A stretch of 35,021 bases of DNA from Hyphomicrobiales bacterium (GCA_027058735.1 JALURZ010000070.1:1-35021), one strand, 5' to 3'. Positions 1 through 14,829 are shown, counted from the first letter of the stretch. Made by a program: numbers and translations. Notes: generated from the sequence alone by a model not told the origin.

Positions 1-1067
1 GGCAGCGCCTTGAGCAAGATGTCGGGATCGAAAACCAGCTTGCCGCCGAGATTTACGAAAAAAATCGGCCCGAAAATGGTGAACGACAAATGCCCGATCA
101 CTCCTCGCGCGGCCTCGAACTGGTCATCCTTCTCATATTCCTCGATAATGTCTCCCTCTTCGTTTCTCACTCTTTTGACCTTGGTGTGGACAAAATAGTC
201 CGCATGCAGAAACAGGCCGGCGAAATAGGCGCCGATGGCGGGATGAAAGCCGAGCTTGAAGGCGGTCACACCCAGCAGCATGGCGATGAACAGCATGATC
301 AGCGGCGTGAACTCGCCCCTGTGCACCATGAGGAAGCGGCGCACGCCGGCGGTCCCGATCATCCGGCCGATCCGGTAGTTCGCTCTTTGGTAGACGGTCG
401 GGCCGGGGGGCAGTTTGCGCGGCGTTTTTTCCGGAAACGCGACCAGCCCCATGAACAGCGTTATGGCGACAAAGATCATTGCCTTGGCGATGATCCAGGC
501 GATGCTGGCGAAGCTGGCCGCCTCGCCGCCGCCGGCATGACTTACCAGGATGACCGGAATGAGGATCGCGACCCCGACCAGCGACAGGCCGCTGTCCACG
601 ATTGCGGCGGTCATGATGCCGGTGGCCGCGGTGGAGCGGTGCATCAGGTCGCCGCGTAGGCTCATCATGGTGAGGCTGACCGCGGTCGCGGTCATGGTCA
701 GACCCCACAACAGGGCGGAATTGTTGTCATATCCGAACGCGGCCGCAATCCAGTAACCGGACAGAAAAGGGAACGCCGCACCGATCAGGGCAATGCCGAT
801 GCTGCGCTTCAGGCCCTGGGAAAACCGCCCCAGATCCTCCTCAAGACCGAGCGCGAACATGATGAAGACGATGCCCCATTCGCCGATGGTTTCCAGGAAT
901 TCGTTGTCCGTCGGCAGCAGCCCGGTATTGGTGAGCACCGCGCCGGCCACGATCAGCCACAACACATCGACGGTGTGCGTCTTCTTGCTGAGCAGTTTTG
1001 AAACCAGCACCACCACGAATATGATCGCGGAATATTCCCAGATCGAAAATTGCGATGCGTCATTCAT
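1..1067 (-). CDS. CPA2-family cation:proton antiporter (NapA/KefB-like), runs off the left edge of the window
   Basis: Absent from the ORF track because it has no stop in the window. Manual translation from ATG 1067: MNDASQFSIWEYSAIIFVVVLVSKLL...IGEWGIVFIMFALGLEEDL...GLTMTATAVSLT...ATGIMTAAIVDSGLSLV...FGPIFFVNLGGKLVFDP. Multiple TM helices; the G-x3-IMFxLGLE, ATxV and PIFFVxxG motifs are typical of CPA2. Confidence 0.88.
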   Translation of the reverse strand, partial: MNDASQFSIWEYSAIIFVVVLVSKLLSKKTHTVDVLWLIVAGAVLTNTGLLPTDNEFLETIGEWGIVFIMFALGLEEDLGRFSQGLKRSIGIALIGAAFPFLSGYWIAAAFGYDNNSALLWGLTMTATAVSLTMMSLRGDLMHRSTAATGIMTAAIVDSGLSLVGVAILIPVILVSHAGGGEAASFASIAWIIAKAMIFVAITLFMGLVAFPEKTPRKLPPGPTVYQRANYRIGRMIGTAGVRRFLMVHRGEFTPLIMLFIAMLLGVTAFKLGFHPAIGAYFAGLFLHADYFVHTKVKRVRNEEGDIIEEYEKDDQFEAARGVIGHLSFTIFGPIFFVNLGGKLVFDPDILLKAL

Positions 1068-1210
1068 GGGGCAGGATCCCGTGCAATGGCCTTGACTGCC
1101 AGCGAGATCGATGCCGGCCACGGGGCGCAAGGCTTGGCAAATATCATACCGGCAAGGGTTGCACATTGCGCCGCGCGCCGGTGCCGCGGCTCAAGGGGCG
1201 GGCCAGGGGC

Positions 1211-5764
<4,554 letters not shown>

Positions 5765-5779
5765 GACGACCCTCTTTGC

Positions 5780-5854
5780 GTCATTCGGGCGAAAGCCGGA
5801 ATCCAGCCTTGATCGCCATAACAATACCCCGAAGGCCGGGGTCCGGAATATGAC
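5780..5854. repeat. Degenerate REP-like palindrome doublet between convergent hemB and dps
   Basis: GTCATTCGGGCGAAAGCCGGAATCCAG at 5780-5806, and an opposed decayed arm ACCCCGAAGGCCGGGGTCCGGAATATGAC ending at 5854. Same GTCATT-stem-ATCC(A/G)G layout as the element at 12394-12489. Confidence 0.6.
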
Positions 5855-5867
5855 ATTCAGGCGCGAT

Positions 5868-5892
5868 GGCGGCCTTTCGCGGAAATGCCGCC
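5868..5892. terminator. GC-rich hairpin just downstream of dps, possible terminator or 3' stabiliser
   Basis: GGCGGC-c-TTTC-gcg-GAAA-t-GCCGCC stem-loop between convergent genes. No clear U-tract on either strand. Confidence 0.4.
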
Positions 5893-5903
5893 CGGCGGGG
5901 TGC

Positions 5904-6380
5904 TCACGGGGACAGCATGGAGCGCAGCATCCAGGCGGTTTTTTCGTGCACCTGCATGCGCTGGGTCAGCAGATCGGCGCTGACTTCGTCGCCGGCCGCC
6001 TCGACGGTGGGGAAAATCTCGCGCGCGGTGCGCACGACCGCTTCCTGGTCATCGACCAGCATGGCGATCATGGTTTCGGCGTCCGGCACGCCGGTTTCTT
6101 CCTTGATCGTGCTCAGTTCGGCGAACTGGCGATAGCTGCCGGGCGCGGCGATGCCGAGCGCGCGGATGCGTTCGGCGATCTCGTCGACCGCGAGCGCCAG
6201 TTCGTTATATTGCTGCTCGAACATAAGGTGCAGCGTGTTGAACATCGCACCGGTGACGTTCCAGTGAAAATTATGGGTCTTGAGATACAGCGTATAGGTG
6301 TCCGCGAGCAGCCGCGACAGCCCCTCGCCGATGGCCTTGCGGGCATCTTCCGGGATGCCGATATCGATCTGACGGGTCAT
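5904..6380 (-). CDS. dps: Dps family DNA-protecting ferritin-like protein
   Basis: 158 aa with [35 protein letters not shown] and HEKTAWML ferroxidase motifs. Strong AAGGAGG SD. Confidence 0.96.
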   Translation of the reverse strand: MTRQIDIGIPEDARKAIGEGLSRLLADTYTLYLKTHNFHWNVTGAMFNTLHLMFEQQYNELALAVDEIAERIRALGIAAPGSYRQFAELSTIKEETGVPDAETMIAMLVDDQEAVVRTAREIFPTVEAAGDEVSADLLTQRMQVHEKTAWMLRSMLSP

Positions 6381-6422
6381 GGCGCCCTCCTTTCTCGTCT
6401 TGTGCCAATGGGTTCAAGACGA

Positions 6423-6491
6423 ATATGGGGAGGCGCCATAAAGTTATAAAGCAATAATTTTTCGCCATATTAAGTGATTTTTTCGATTAGT
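6423..6491 (-). promoter_or_regulatory. AT-rich dps promoter region (CCCCATAT -10-like element, possible LysR-type operator)
   Basis: Markedly AT-rich island. The minus strand reads ...ATGGCGAAAAATTATTGCTTTATAACTTTATGGCGCCTCCCCATAT. Confidence 0.4.
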
Positions 6492-7364
6492 CTATTTTCG
6501 CTCCAGCCGGGCGATCAGGCTTGAGGTATCCCAGCGGTTGCCGCCCATGTCCTGCACTTCGCCGTAAAACTGATCGACCAGGGCGGTCACCGGCACATGG
6601 GCGTTGAGGCGCCGGGCCTCATCCAGGCAGATTCCCAGATCCTTGCGCATCCAGTCGACCGCGAAGCCGAAATCGAATTCGCCGTCGATCATGGTCTCGT
6701 AGCGGTTTTCCATCTGCCAGGACTGTGCGGCCCCTTTCGAGATCACGTCGATGACGGCGCGCATGTCGAGACCGGCCAGCGTGCCGAAATGAATGCCTTC
6801 GGCAAGCCCCTGCATGAGGCCGGCGATGCAGATCTGGTTGACCATCTTGGTGAGCTGGCCGGCCCCGGACGGCCCCATCAGCCGGCAGGCCCGGGCAAAA
6901 CAGCCGATCAGCGGCTCAGCGCGCTCAAACGCCTGCCTGTCGCCGCCGCACATCACCGTCAGGACGCCGTTTTCCGCACCCGCCTGCCCGCCGGATACCG
7001 GGCAGTCGAGAAAGGCGATCCCCTTTTCAGCCGCAACCCCATGGAGTTCGCGCGCCACATCGGCGGATGCGGTTGTGTGATCGGCGAGGATCGCACCCGC
7101 CTTCATGGCCGCAAAAGCGCCCCCCTCGCCGGCCGTCACCTGGCGCAGGTCATCGTCATTGCCGACGCAGACAAACACGACATCGCAGTCCCTGGCCGCT
7201 TCACCCGGGCTCGGCGCCGCCTCGCCCTTGTGCTCCCTGGTCCACCGTTCGGCCTTTGCGGGGCTGCGGTTGTAAACCGTCACCTGATGGCCGCCCGCCG
7301 CCAGATGTCCCGCCATCGGATAGCCCATGACGCCCAGACCGATGAATGCGACACGTTCGCCCAT
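6492..7364 (-). CDS. NAD(P)-dependent beta-hydroxyacid dehydrogenase (3-hydroxyisobutyrate dehydrogenase / tartronate semialdehyde reductase family)
   Basis: Start reassigned to ATG 7364 (290 aa). VAFIGLGVMGYPMA Rossmann motif, FLDCPVSGGQAGA, catalytic Lys in GQLTKMVNQ, FAVDWMRKDL. Confidence 0.92.
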   Translation of the reverse strand: MGERVAFIGLGVMGYPMAGHLAAGGHQVTVYNRSPAKAERWTREHKGEAAPSPGEAARDCDVVFVCVGNDDDLRQVTAGEGGAFAAMKAGAILADHTTASADVARELHGVAAEKGIAFLDCPVSGGQAGAENGVLTVMCGGDRQAFERAEPLIGCFARACRLMGPSGAGQLTKMVNQICIAGLMQGLAEGIHFGTLAGLDMRAVIDVISKGAAQSWQMENRYETMIDGEFDFGFAVDWMRKDLGICLDEARRLNAHVPVTALVDQFYGEVQDMGGNRWDTSSLIARLERK

Positions 7365-7580
7365 TTTTCCCGCCCCTCCCCTGAAGCCGTACCGGTTGGG
7401 CGGATTCTTGACCGGTTTGCCCGGCCACCGCAAGCGCCAATGCGTGCAGCGGCGCGCCAATCCGACGTTTTGATCGTGCATGGCGGCGTTTTATGGGATG
7501 ATCGCGCCCGGGCGATGGATCATAGTCGGCGCAACACCCTTGCAGACCGGTTTTCGAGAATATGGAAAGGCTCGCGCGCC

Positions 7581-8810
7581 ATGAGCGTTACGATCGACGA
7601 TATCCGCAAGGCGGCGAAAAAGCTTGAGGGGCATGTCGTGCGCTCGCCCATGCTGGCCGCGCCCAAGCTTTCCGAACTCACCGGCGCGCAGATCCATCTC
7701 AAGCATGAAAACCTGCAATACACCAATTCGTTCAAGGATCGCGGCGCCTATATAAAGCTCGCCAGCCTTTCCAGGGACGAGCGCAGGCGCGGCGTCATCG
7801 CCATGTCGGCCGGCAATCACGCCCAGGCGGTTGCCTATCACGCCGCGGCGCTTGCGATCCCCGCCACCATCGTGATGCCGCAAACGACCCCGTTCGTGAA
7901 AGTCGAAAGCACGGAGAAACTCGGCGCCACCGTCGTCCTGTCCGGCGAAACCCTGGCCGATGCGCAGGTGGCCGCCGAAGCGATTATCGAAAACAAGGGC
8001 CTCGTGCTGGTCCACCCCTATGACGATCCCGCCATCATCGCGGGCCAGGGCACGGTGGCGCTGGAAATGCTTCAAGACGAGCCCGATCTCGATGTGCTGA
8101 TCGCGCCGATTGGCGGCGGCGGACTGATTTCGGGCTGCGCCATCGCGGCCAGGGCGCTCAAGCCCGATATCGAGATCATCGGGGTCGAGGCCGCCCTGTT
8201 CGCCTCCATGAGCGCGGCGCTTAAGGGCGAGCCGGCCAATTGCGGCGGCAACACGATTGCCGAGGGCATCGCGGTCAAGAATGTGGCTGAACGGACCATC
8301 GCCATAGTGCGCGATCTGGTCAGCGATATCGTGTGTCTCGATGAAACGATCATCGAGCGGGCCGTCAACGCCTGCCTGCTGCTGCAGAAATCGGTGGTTG
8401 AGGGCGCGGGCGCCGCCTCGCTGGGCGCGGTCATGCTGGAGCCTGAACGCTATCGCGGGCGCAAGGTGGGGCTTGTGGTCAGCGGCGGCAATGTGGACCC
8501 GCGGCTCCTGAGTTTCGTCATCTACCGCGAACTGGTGCGCGACAAACGGATCGTCAATTTCAGGGTTCAGATACCCGACACGCCCGGTGTTCTGGGCAGG
8601 ATTTCCAGCTTCATCGGTTCTCACGGGGCCAATATTCTGGAAGTCTCCCACCGGCGCATGTTCCTCGATATGCCCGCCAAGGGGGCGGAGCTGGAACTGA
8701 TGGTCGAGACCCGCGACGGGCACCACGCCGAAACCCTGCTGGAGGCGATCCGGGGCCTCGGCTTCGTGGTGCGCCTGCTGGACGCGCCCGGCGGACGCGA
8801 ATCGCCTTAA
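7581..8810 (+). CDS. ilvA: Threonine ammonia-lyase (PLP-dependent) with C-terminal ACT domain
   Basis: Start reassigned to ATG 7581 (409 aa). KHENLQYTNSFKDRGA (PLP Lys), SAGNHAQ, PIGGGGLISG, SGGNVD, ACT domain PDTPGVLG...GANILEV. Confidence 0.92.
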   Translation: MSVTIDDIRKAAKKLEGHVVRSPMLAAPKLSELTGAQIHLKHENLQYTNSFKDRGAYIKLASLSRDERRRGVIAMSAGNHAQAVAYHAAALAIPATIVMPQTTPFVKVESTEKLGATVVLSGETLADAQVAAEAIIENKGLVLVHPYDDPAIIAGQGTVALEMLQDEPDLDVLIAPIGGGGLISGCAIAARALKPDIEIIGVEAALFASMSAALKGEPANCGGNTIAEGIAVKNVAERTIAIVRDLVSDIVCLDETIIERAVNACLLLQKSVVEGAGAASLGAVMLEPERYRGRKVGLVVSGGNVDPRLLSFVIYRELVRDKRIVNFRVQIPDTPGVLGRISSFIGSHGANILEVSHRRMFLDMPAKGAELELMVETRDGHHAETLLEAIRGLGFVVRLLDAPGGRESP

Positions 8811-8823
8811 GAGTCGTGAAACC

Positions 8824-10668
8824 ATGATTCCGGGCGCCAATTTTCCGATGTGGATCACTTTCGCGGTCATCGCCGTCGCGATCTATTCCTTTGTGCGCGA
8901 AAAACTGTCCATGGAAATCACCTCGATCTGGGTGATCGTTTCGCTGATCCTTGCCTTCACGATCGTTCCCGTGCCGGACGATGAGGGCAACAACCTGCTG
9001 TCGGCCGAACGCCTGCTTTCCGGCCTTGCCCATCCCGCGCTCGTCACCATTCTCGCCCTGCTGGTGATCGGCCAGGGCCTGTTCCAGACCGGCGCCCTGG
9101 ACGGGCTGGCCCGCGGCCTCGGCGTCATGGGCTCGAAAGCGCCGAAACGCACCCTGCTCGCGGTGCTCCTGACCGCCGGCGTCACCAGCGCGTTTCTCAA
9201 CAACACGCCGGTCGTGGTCATGTTCATCCCCATGATCACCAGCCTGTCGACGCGCATCGGCATCAACCCCTCCAAGACGGTCATGCCGCTGAGCTTCATC
9301 GCCATTCTCGGCGGCATGACCACACTCATCGGCTCGTCCACGAACCTGCTGGTCACCGGCGTTGCGGAGCGCCAGGGGTATGATCCGGTCGGATTTTTCG
9401 ATTTCGTGGTGCCGGGTGCAATTCTGGCCGGGGCCGGCGCGCTCTATGTGCTGTTCGTGATGCCCCGCCTGCTGACGCCGCGAAAGACCCTCGCCGACAG
9501 CGTGAGCGGCCCCGGCGGACGCCAGTTCATCGCCCAGATCGAGGTGACCCCGGGCCACCCCCTCGAAGGGGCGACCCCGCTCGCCGGCATGTTTCCCGCG
9601 CTCAAGGACATGACCGTGCGCCTGATCCAGCGCGACGAGCACCCGTTTCTGCCGCCCTTTGAAGGCGTAACACTCCAGCCCGGCGATCTGGTTATCGTGG
9701 CCGCCACCCGCAAGGCGCTGACCGAAGCGCTGCATACCCGCGCCGGCATTCTGTCGGTCGAACCCCACGAAGACATCTCCACCGCAGGGCATGCGGCGAA
9801 ACCCACCGGCGAACTGATGCTGGCCGAAGCGGTGCTGGCGCCGGGATCATCGTTGATCGGGCGCTCCATCGAACAGGTGGGGCTGCGCCATGAAACCGGC
9901 TGTATCGTCGTCGGCATCCAGCGGCGCAGCCGCATGATCCGCACCCGGCTTGGCGAAATCCGGCTGGCGGCGGGGGATGTCATTCTGGTGCTGGGGAACC
10001 GCGCCGATGTTCTGGAACTGCGCGCCAGCCGCGATTTCCTGCTGCTGGAATGGTCCGCCAGGGCATTGCCGAAATACGCCTATGCGGCCCGCGCCCGGTT
10101 TATCTTTCTGGCCACGATCACAGCGGCCGCGACCGGGCTGGTGCCAATCGTGGTGGCCGCCCTGGCGGGGGCCGCCGCAATGGTTCCCGCGCAATGCCTT
10201 AATGTGCGCCAGGCGGCGCGCGCCTTCGACCGGCGCATCTATCTGTTGATCGGCGCGTCCATCGCCATGGCCAGCGCGCTGGAGGACACCGGCGGGGCGG
10301 CGGCGATCGCCAATGGCCTGGTCAACGGACTGTCGGATGCCTCGCCCGCGGTGGTGGCTTCCGCGCTGTTTCTGCTGATTGCGGTGGCAACCAATTTCCT
10401 CAGCAACCATGCCGCCGCGGCGCTGTTTACCCCGATCGCGATCGACACCGCCATCACCTTGGGCGTGCCGCCGATGGTTTTCGTTCATCTGGTGATCTTC
10501 GCCGCCAACTGTTCTTTCGCCACGCCCATGGGCTACCAGACCAATCTGCTGGTCATGGGGCCGGGCCACTACCGGTTCAGCGACTTCACCCGCGCCGGCG
10601 TGCCCTTGATCGTCCTGATCTGGATTGCCTATACTTTGCTGGTGCCGTGGTACTATGGCCTGAACTGA
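8824..10668 (+). CDS. SLC13/DASS-family permease with two TrkA-C (RCK_C) domains
   Basis: 614 aa. [25 protein letters not shown], central soluble TrkA-C repeats (LQPGDLVIV; LAAGDVILV), [35 protein letters not shown]. Confidence 0.92.
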   Translation: MIPGANFPMWITFAVIAVAIYSFVREKLSMEITSIWVIVSLILAFTIVPVPDDEGNNLLSAERLLSGLAHPALVTILALLVIGQGLFQTGALDGLARGLGVMGSKAPKRTLLAVLLTAGVTSAFLNNTPVVVMFIPMITSLSTRIGINPSKTVMPLSFIAILGGMTTLIGSSTNLLVTGVAERQGYDPVGFFDFVVPGAILAGAGALYVLFVMPRLLTPRKTLADSVSGPGGRQFIAQIEVTPGHPLEGATPLAGMFPALKDMTVRLIQRDEHPFLPPFEGVTLQPGDLVIVAATRKALTEALHTRAGILSVEPHEDISTAGHAAKPTGELMLAEAVLAPGSSLIGRSIEQVGLRHETGCIVVGIQRRSRMIRTRLGEIRLAAGDVILVLGNRADVLELRASRDFLLLEWSARALPKYAYAARARFIFLATITAAATGLVPIVVAALAGAAAMVPAQCLNVRQAARAFDRRIYLLIGASIAMASALEDTGGAAAIANGLVNGLSDASPAVVASALFLLIAVATNFLSNHAAAALFTPIAIDTAITLGVPPMVFVHLVIFAANCSFATPMGYQTNLLVMGPGHYRFSDFTRAGVPLIVLIWIAYTLLVPWYYGLN

Positions 10669-10688
10669 GTGGATGCCGAAACAGCCCG

Positions 10689-11435
10689 ATGAGTGAGCAC
10701 GAGCGCAATCTTCCGCAATTCTACATCACGCCACCCCAATCATGCCCCTATCTGGCGGGGCGGCTGGAGCGCAAGGTTTTCACGCATCTCGTCGGCGATC
10801 AGGCGGTGTGGCTCAACAATACGCTTACCCATGGGGGGTTTCGCCGCAGCCAGAACATCGCCTACCGGCCGGCCTGCGAAAAATGTTCCGCCTGCGTCTC
10901 CGTGCGCGTGCGCGCGCACGATTTCCGGCCCTCGCGCTCCCAGCGCCGGGTCTGGAAGACCAACCGCGACATCACCGGCGTGGAGTGCGACCCGATTCCC
11001 GGCCCCGAGCACTATTCCGTTTTTCGCGGCTATATCGACAGCCGCCACGCCGGCGGCGGCATGGCCGACATGACCGTTCTCGATTTCGCCGCCATGGTGG
11101 AGGACAGTTCCGTCGACACACGGCTGGTCGAATACCGCACCCGCGCCGGCAATCTCATGGCCGTGACCCTGACCGATATTCTCGAAGACGGGTTGTCGAT
11201 GATCTACAGCTTCTTCGAGCCCGACATGTTCGCCCGCAGCCCCGGCACCTTCATGATCCTCGATCACATCGAGCGCGCCCGCAAGATGGGCCTGGCTTAT
11301 GTGTATCTGGGCTATTGGGTCAACGGATCGCGCAAGATGGAATACAAGAACCGCTTCCGGCCGCAGGAACACCTGAGCGTTGACGGCTGGCGGGTTGCCG
11401 GTGCGCATCATGGCGCCAGCAGCGACGCGGGATGA
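10689..11435 (+). CDS. bpt: ATE1-like arginyltransferase family protein (Asp/Glu leucyltransferase Bpt, N-degron pathway)
   Basis: Start reassigned to ATG 10689 (248 aa). [58 protein letters not shown]. Confidence 0.92.
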   Translation: MSEHERNLPQFYITPPQSCPYLAGRLERKVFTHLVGDQAVWLNNTLTHGGFRRSQNIAYRPACEKCSACVSVRVRAHDFRPSRSQRRVWKTNRDITGVECDPIPGPEHYSVFRGYIDSRHAGGGMADMTVLDFAAMVEDSSVDTRLVEYRTRAGNLMAVTLTDILEDGLSMIYSFFEPDMFARSPGTFMILDHIERARKMGLAYVYLGYWVNGSRKMEYKNRFRPQEHLSVDGWRVAGAHHGASSDAG

Positions 11436-12376
11436 GCGGGCGCGGGCCTTCCGCGCGCGGGCGCGCGGGCACGGCGGCGCCAGGCCTGCCGGTGCTGACA
11501 GACCACCGCCGCGGGCTCACCATCACGTTTGTCGGCGGCCTGCTGCTGACCATCGACATTCCGCTGATCCGACTGGCCGGCACCGATGTGTGGACGTTCA
11601 TGTTCGTGCGCGGGATGATGGTGTTCGCCACCCTGTGGCTGTACTGGCTGTGGCAGACCCGCGCGCGCAACCGCGTCATGGCCTTTGTCAACGGCATGGA
11701 CGGGCTTGCCGCCGGGGTGCTCAACGCGCTGGCGACGGTCAGTTTCATGACGGCGCTCTACAATACGACGGCCGCCAATCTGGTGTTCATTCTGGCCTTC
11801 AATCCGATGGTCTCGGCCATTGTGTCGCGGATTTTTCTTGGCGAACGCATCGGCCTGGCCACCTGGCCCACCATCGCGGCGGCCTTCACCGGCGTTTTGA
11901 TCATCGTTCATGACGGCTTGAGCGCCGGCAGCCTGTTCGGCGATCTCATGGCGTTCGTGACCGCCTGCCTGCTCGCCGTGTCGCTCACCATCATGCGCCG
12001 CAGCGGCAAGGACATGTCCTTGATGCCGGCATCCGCCAGCCTGTTATCGGCGTGCCTCGCCCTGTTCATGGCCCAGCCATGGACACTGAATGCGGTGCAA
12101 TGGGGCTGGATGAGCCTCAACGGCATCCTCGTCATGCCCCTGGCGATGGCGCTGATGGCGCTCGGCACGCGCTACATCTCCGCGCCCGAAGTCGCCATGT
12201 TCTTCCTTCTGGAAACCGTGCTCACCCCGGTCTGGATCTGGCTGTTGTTTTCCGAAAGCCCCAGCCGGGCCAGCCTCGCCGGCGGTGCCATCGTCATCAC
12301 CGCGCTCACGCTGCACAGCGTCTGGCGGCTGTGTGCGGGCAGGCAAAGGCCGGGACGCGTGAGACTGGCGCGGTGA
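11432..12376 (+). CDS. DMT/EamA family transporter
   Basis: 314 aa, about 10 hydrophobic helices, IFLGERI and [17 protein letters not shown] motifs. ATGA overlap with bpt. Confidence 0.88.
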   Translation: MSGRGPSARGRAGTAAPGLPVLTDHRRGLTITFVGGLLLTIDIPLIRLAGTDVWTFMFVRGMMVFATLWLYWLWQTRARNRVMAFVNGMDGLAAGVLNALATVSFMTALYNTTAANLVFILAFNPMVSAIVSRIFLGERIGLATWPTIAAAFTGVLIIVHDGLSAGSLFGDLMAFVTACLLAVSLTIMRRSGKDMSLMPASASLLSACLALFMAQPWTLNAVQWGWMSLNGILVMPLAMALMALGTRYISAPEVAMFFLLETVLTPVWIWLLFSESPSRASLAGGAIVITALTLHSVWRLCAGRQRPGRVRLAR

Positions 12377-12393
12377 GGAGAAACAATACGCTC

Positions 12394-12489
12394 GTCCTCC
12401 GCCTTGACCGGGGAGCCCGGCAAGCACGGGAGGTGCGGGCGCTATGGCGATGGCGGTTGCCGGATTGCCCGGTCGGGCCGGGCAATGAC
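12394..12489. repeat. REP-like palindrome doublet (BIME/REPIN-like) between convergent DMT gene and parC
   Basis: Perfect 9-bp stem ATTGCCCGG-tcggg-CCGGGCAAT (12464-12486), flanked to read GTCATTGCCCGGCCCGACCGGGCAATCCGG on the minus strand. Decayed opposed arm GTCCTCCGCCTTGACCGGGGAGCCCGG at 12394-12420. Confidence 0.7.
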
Positions 12490-12524
12490 GAAGGGGCGAG
12501 CGGCAGTGACAGGGGGGAAAATTC

Positions 12525-14759
12525 TCACCCGAACCGGTTGTTCCTTGGAAACCCCTTCGGCGGCAGTCGCCCGGCTTGCGCCCGTGTGCCATGCCAGTCC
12601 TTGAGGTCGGTGACGGTCCAGGTGCGGCCTGAGGAATCAGTCCAGGTGAGGCCGGTCTCCTTGTCGAAGGTCTTGGCGTCCGACAGGCCGCCGTCCTTGT
12701 AGGATTGCAGCTTGACGCCGCGCCCCCGGGTCATTTCCGGCAGGTCCGCAAGCGCGAATGCCAGCAGTTTGCGGTTTTCCCCGATCACCGCGACCTGATC
12801 GCCCGCCACGCGCGCGCAGACCCTGGCTTCCGCCGGGAGTTTCACATTGAGCACCTGCTTGCCTTTTCGCGTATTAGCGAGCACCTCGTCCTCGGCCACC
12901 ACAAAGCCGCGCCCGTCGCTGGCCGCCACCAGCCGCCTGGCGCCCGGCACATGGACAAACAGCGCAACGATATCTTCCGCTTCGCCGATATCGGCCATCA
13001 GGCGCACCGGCTCGCCGTGACCGCGCCCGCCGGGCAGGCGCTCGGCGGGGATGGTGAAAAACCTGCCATCCGTCGTGAACGCCAGCAGGGTGTCGGTGGT
13101 TTGCGCCGGAAACACGAAACGCGCGGCATCGCCGCTCTTGTAGGACAGCCCGGCGGCATCCTCCAGATGGCCGCGCATGGCGCGAATCCATCCCTTTTCC
13201 GAGCACACGACGGTGATCGGCTCTTTTTCGATCATCGCCTGCGCGATATCCACGTCAACCTTCGGTGTGTCCGCGAAACTGGTGCGCCGCCGGCCCAGTT
13301 CGCTGTCCGGGCCGAAAGTCTTGCGGGTTTCGCGGATTTCCGCGGCGATTTCGGCCCACTGCGCCTTGTCGGATGCCAGCAGCGTGCGAAGCTCGCCCTG
13401 TTCGCCCTCGAGCGTCTCGTGCTCGGTGCGCAGCGCCATTTCCTCCAGCTTGCGCAAGGAGCGCAAGCGCATGTTCAAAATCGCTTCGGCCTGTATATCG
13501 CTCAGTTCGAACGCCTTTTTCAATTCGGCTTTCGGTTCGTCTTCATGGCGGATTATGCGAATGACTTCATCCAGATTGATAAAAGCGACCAGATAGCCGC
13601 CGAGCACTTCCAGCCGGTGTGCGATTTTTTCCAGGCGATGTTGCGTGCGCCGCACCAGCACCACCTTGCGGTGATCGAGCCATTGGCGCAGCACATCGCG
13701 CAGGCTCAAGACCCCGGGCACGCGCCCGCCGCTCAAAACATTCATGTTGAGCGAAATGCGCGCCTCGAGATCGCTTACCCGGAACAGGCTTTCCATCAGC
13801 ACCAGGGGATCGACGGTACGGCTTTTCGGCTCCAGCACGAGGCGGATGTCTTCGGCCGACTCGTCGCGGATGTCCCCCAGCAGCGGCAGTTTCCTGGCCA
13901 GCATCAGTTCGGCGATCTTTTCGATCAGCCGGGATTTGGGCACCTGATAGGGAATTTCGGTAACGACGATCCGGTAGCCCCCGCGCCCGGTCTTTTCGGT
14001 TTCCCAGCGCGCGCGCACGCGAAAACTGCCGCGCCCGGTCCGATAGGCCTCAACGATGGCGTCGCGCTCATCGACAATAATGCCGCCGGTCGGCAGGTCG
14101 GGGCCGGGCACCAGTTCAACCAGCTTGGCGGGCGTTGCGTTGGGAAACTTGATGAGATGCAGGGCTGCGGCGCACAGTTCGGCAGCGTTGTGGGGCGGAA
14201 CGGACGTGGCCATGCCGACCGCGATGCCGGTCGAGCCATTGGCGAGAAGGTTGGGAAATCCGCCCGGCAGCACCACCGGCTCTTTTTCCTCGCCGTCATA
14301 GGTTTCGCGAAAATCGACGGTGTCCTCGTCGATGCCCTCCAGCAGCGCCTTGGCGACATCGCTCAGCCGGGATTCGGTATAGCGCATGGCGGCCGCGTTA
14401 TCGCCATCGACATTGCCGAAATTGCCCTGCCCCTCGATCAGCGGATAACGCACGGCGAAATCCTGCGCCAGGCGCACCAGCGCGTCATAGACCGCCTGAT
14501 CGCCATGGGGGTGATATTTGCCGATGACATCGCCCACGACGCGCGCGCATTTCTTGAAGCCGGAGCCCGGATCGAGCTTCAGTTGCCGCATGGCGTAGAG
14601 CAGCCGCCGGTGCACGGGCTTGAGCCCGTCGCGCACATCGGGCAGCGCGCGGTGCATGATGGTGGAGAGCGCATAGGCCAGATACCGCTCTTCCAGCGCA
14701 TCGCGCAGATTGACGGTTTCGACGCCGCCGGAATCGGGAATATTTTCGTGCTCGGTCAT
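12525..14759 (-). CDS. parC: DNA topoisomerase IV subunit A
   Basis: 744 aa. [31 protein letters not shown] (catalytic Tyr), YALSTIM N-terminus and a short CTD without a GyrA box. Confidence 0.96.
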   Translation of the reverse strand: MTEHENIPDSGGVETVNLRDALEERYLAYALSTIMHRALPDVRDGLKPVHRRLLYAMRQLKLDPGSGFKKCARVVGDVIGKYHPHGDQAVYDALVRLAQDFAVRYPLIEGQGNFGNVDGDNAAAMRYTESRLSDVAKALLEGIDEDTVDFRETYDGEEKEPVVLPGGFPNLLANGSTGIAVGMATSVPPHNAAELCAAALHLIKFPNATPAKLVELVPGPDLPTGGIIVDERDAIVEAYRTGRGSFRVRARWETEKTGRGGYRIVVTEIPYQVPKSRLIEKIAELMLARKLPLLGDIRDESAEDIRLVLEPKSRTVDPLVLMESLFRVSDLEARISLNMNVLSGGRVPGVLSLRDVLRQWLDHRKVVLVRRTQHRLEKIAHRLEVLGGYLVAFINLDEVIRIIRHEDEPKAELKKAFELSDIQAEAILNMRLRSLRKLEEMALRTEHETLEGEQGELRTLLASDKAQWAEIAAEIRETRKTFGPDSELGRRRTSFADTPKVDVDIAQAMIEKEPITVVCSEKGWIRAMRGHLEDAAGLSYKSGDAARFVFPAQTTDTLLAFTTDGRFFTIPAERLPGGRGHGEPVRLMADIGEAEDIVALFVHVPGARRLVAASDGRGFVVAEDEVLANTRKGKQVLNVKLPAEARVCARVAGDQVAVIGENRKLLAFALADLPEMTRGRGVKLQSYKDGGLSDAKTFDKETGLTWTDSSGRTWTVTDLKDWHGTRAQAGRLPPKGFPRNNRFG

Positions 14760-14829
14760 GATTCGGCCTTATAGCACGCGCTAAATACCGGCGACAGTGG
14801 ACCCCGGCTGACAAAGAAAAAGAGGTCCC

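Noticed and set aside
7498-7523. Palindrome ATGATC-g-CGCCCGGGCG-atg-GATCAT in the ilvA leader as an attenuator
   Set aside because: No Ile/Thr-rich leader peptide and no U-tract. Such GC palindromes arise readily by chance.
6597-7580. Apparent 737-aa fusion ending in threonine ammonia-lyase
   Set aside because: The N-terminal part is antisense to the hydroxyacid dehydrogenase gene. The real start is ATG 7581.
12705-14774. 689-aa plus-strand ORF opposite parC
   Set aside because: Antisense shadow typical of high-GC coding DNA, with no motifs.
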